Source of the DNA: Haliotis cracherodii
Lineage: Eukaryota
Assembly: GCF_022045235.1 (NCBI RefSeq)
Contig: NW_027266275.1
Location: forward strand, 35,526,001 to 35,590,000
Reading direction: 5' to 3'
DNA length: 64,000 bases
Shown here in pieces: positions 62,801 to 64,000 of this stretch. Each line of letters opens with the position of its first letter. The first letter of the stretch is position 1. A model generated the notes under the pieces. The model worked only from the letters and a program-made list of their open reading frames with translations. It ran no database searches and had not been told where the DNA came from. Both the position numbers and the translations under genes were made by a program.

Positions 62801-63672
62801 TGGTCGGCTCGTAGTCAGCATACTGTGTGGGGTATTCATGCTAAACAGCGGCATGGTATCTCAGTGTGCTAGCACTATTAATCGGCATCAGGCGTTGCTA
62901 TGCAATAATCTTGGACGCGACGTCAAGCTCCATTTCACCTCACCTCACCTCACCTCACCTCACCTCACCTCACCTCACCTATTGTGGAAGGGATGCAGAT
63001 CGTTGACGCTTACGGCCTTGAGCACGGGTATGATGCTGGTAAAGTAACTTTTATAATCGTGGTGAATCTGGGATTCGAACCCACGATCAGAGCTGATTGA
63101 GTGAATACAATGCTTTGACTAAATAAATCTATCATTCTGTCGATCACAATTAACGGGTTGACGGTGGAATCGTCTCGATGCTGATTGAATTCAGCCATTA
63201 TTTGAGATTACACTCACATTCCTTTGCTCCAAGCTGTGGACAGGTCATTCCATTCAAAAGCTTTGATCCTGTTGCCTAGCAACGTGGCGAAGGCGTACAC
63301 GTAGTGCGTGCAGAGGTTAGGGTTAACATTCTCCGGCGTGTATTTCCCTTTATCGGGACGATACTGAGACCAGTTGGTGTAGTAACACACTCTCCTGAGG
63401 TCTGAACCTGTAACATGATAGATAACATGTATGACAGTTGATGTAGTAACACATCATCCTGTGCCCTAAGCCTGAAACATGGTAGATGACATGTATGACT
63501 GTTGGTGTAGTAACACACTCTTCTGTGCCCTGAACCTGTAACATGATGGTATTATGAAATTGATGTACAGAAGTGTTTGTCATTACACAGTTATCTCACC
63601 TTGGACAGCGTGCAGTGCCAGGAAGATGACTCCCGCCACGGGGAGCAGCAACAAGGATGCCCGGGGGATCAT
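47672..63672 (-). CDS. Chitinase gene B (GH18 + 2x CBM14, secreted), tandem paralog of gene A, 11 coding exons, ~659 aa
   Basis: Exons 63600-63672, 63218-63407, 61860-62112, 58980-59104, 58559-58682, 58137-58319, 56424-56543, 55270-55433, 54407-54531, 51017-51451, 47672-47859. Exon sizes and phases match gene A except exon 10 (435 vs 450 nt). 1980-nt ORF with catalytic FDGVDVDWEYP intact. Confidence 0.93.
48069..48616. other. Assembly gaps (N runs) next to GT-rich microsatellite in the last intron of gene B
   Basis: N at 48069-48372 and 48390-48616. Confidence 0.99.
49081..49430 (+). mobile_element. SINE family A copy
   Basis: Near-identical to the reverse complement of 768-1113. Confidence 0.88.
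49617..49786 (+). mobile_element. tRNA-derived SINE family B (~170 bp, (ACTC)n tail)
   Basis: TAGCCTAGTGG / GGTTCGATTCC boxes; 13-bp TSD CGTTATTATACTT; more copies at 6761-6929(-), 16382-16555(-), 41331-41459(-), 47445-47590(+), 52155-52283(+). Confidence 0.88.
51017..51451 (-). CDS. Chitinase B exon 10 (CBM14 #1 + Thr/Pro linker)
   Basis: FCYGRISDFYLSPYNCAEYFIC..NCAPGLHFNPKAKYCD..C. Confidence 0.92.
54407..54531 (-). CDS. Chitinase B exon 9 (linker)
   Basis: 125 nt, homologous to gene A exon 9; |gtatgt donor. Confidence 0.85.
55270..55433 (-). CDS. Chitinase B exon 8
   Basis: GGVMVWALDLDDF; 164 nt. Confidence 0.93.
55870..56460 (-). repeat. Diverged ~65-70-bp array (~8-9 units) of the exon-7 donor junction in gene B
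   Basis: Units GACTACGACGACAATCGGGGTCTCCGGCAGAAG|GTAAGC... Confidence 0.9.
56424..56543 (-). CDS. Chitinase B exon 7
   Basis: QWVGYDDKLSLRQK; 120 nt. Confidence 0.9.
56767..58115 (-). mobile_element. Tc1/mariner DD34E DNA transposon with TIRs and TA TSD, internally deleted transposase
   Basis: TIRs tactgagtcaaattaaaaacttcac / gtgaagtttttaatttggttcagta flanked by TA. MPRLS..HTH (57816), VMVWG, FQHDNARPH-34aa-E (SPDLNPIE), GGHTRY. Deletion and stop near 57560. Confidence 0.93.
58137..58319 (-). CDS. Chitinase B exon 6
   Basis: GAPREKLNIGVALYGR; 183 nt. Confidence 0.92.
58559..58682 (-). CDS. Chitinase B exon 5
   Basis: VMTYDLHGSWE; 124 nt. Confidence 0.92.
58980..59104 (-). CDS. Chitinase B exon 4
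   Basis: LMLTAAVAAGK; 125 nt. Confidence 0.92.
59960..61108 (+). mobile_element. Decayed Tc1/mariner element
   Basis: MPSL start at 59975, RSGRPRVTT, WFSDESRF, GGSVMMW, PWPSRS.DLN.IEHLWD, GGHT.Y. Confidence 0.82.
61290..61620 (-). mobile_element. L1/Tx1-like ORF2 remnant
   Basis: KINVIKTLALP.MVH.L..LPNPP followed by a GGL motif. Confidence 0.5.
61860..62112 (-). CDS. Chitinase B exon 3 (catalytic motif)
   Basis: FDGVDVDWEYP; 253 nt. Confidence 0.95.
62654..62980 (+). mobile_element. SINE family A copy
   Basis: Same head and core, (CACCT)n tail, TSD tgtggaagg. Confidence 0.85.
63218..63407 (-). CDS. Chitinase B exon 2
   Basis: RRVCYYTNWSQYRP; 190 nt as in gene A. Confidence 0.9.
63371..63550 (-). 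repeat. Short 64-bp array (3 acceptor copies) at the gene B exon-2 acceptor
   Basis: Acceptor G at 63408, 63472, 63536. Confidence 0.9.
63600..63672 (-). CDS. Chitinase B coding exon 1 (signal peptide)
   Basis: MIPRASLLLLPVAGVIFLALHAVQG; AAG|GTGAG donor. Confidence 0.85.
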
Positions 63673-64000
63673 CTGGAAGACAAATGAAGGTGAAATTATG
63701 GAATATGAAGAAGCGTGTACTATATACCCCAGATAACCCCAGATAACGTAGGTCATCGCGTGTTCCTCGTCACGAGGTCCTGTCTCCAGTGATCGTGTGA
63801 CTTAAATAATAATAATGATAATAATGACATAATGACATATGATAATAATAAATCCGTGGCACGATGAAATATCATGAGCATGTGTTTATGAGTCACAAGT
63901 GATGCTACCAAGGCTTGAAATGGCATCCACATGTCTACCATAAAACCTTTTGAAATCTTTATTGGGGCCGTGAAAGTTGTAACCCTGATCAAACAACATT

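Noticed and set aside
9719-63672. Possibility that genes A and B are uncollapsed haplotypes of one gene
   Set aside because: Introns differ greatly in content and exon 11 differs at about one third of residues, far beyond allelic divergence.

Overview
Eukaryotic, repeat-rich invertebrate DNA. The SINE repertoire suggests a mollusc, possibly a gastropod such as abalone (inference). The window holds two tandem paralogous secreted GH18 chitinase genes on the minus strand. Each has 11 coding exons with identical intron phases and encodes a signal peptide, a GH18 domain with intact DxxDxDxE, a Thr/Pro linker and two CBM14 domains. Gene A spans 34302->9719 (664 aa by my exon assembly) and gene B spans 63672->47672 (659 aa). 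Between them lies a degenerate DIRS/Ngaro-type tyrosine-recombinase retroelement. Tc1/mariner, Harbinger, LINE relics and four SINE-like families fill the introns and intergenic DNA. The most unusual feature is that three intronic minisatellites in gene A begin exactly at a real splice junction and are built from copies of it: about 30 x 64 bp at the exon-2 acceptor, about 47 x 48 bp at the exon-5 donor and about 21 x 67 bp at the exon-7 donor. Gene B carries short versions of the exon-2 and exon-7 arrays. The acceptor array is stop-free in the chitinase frame, so every third decoy AG could give an in-frame isoform with extra 64-aa Cys/His/Tyr-rich repeats. The exon-7 decoy donors match the consensus better than the real donor.
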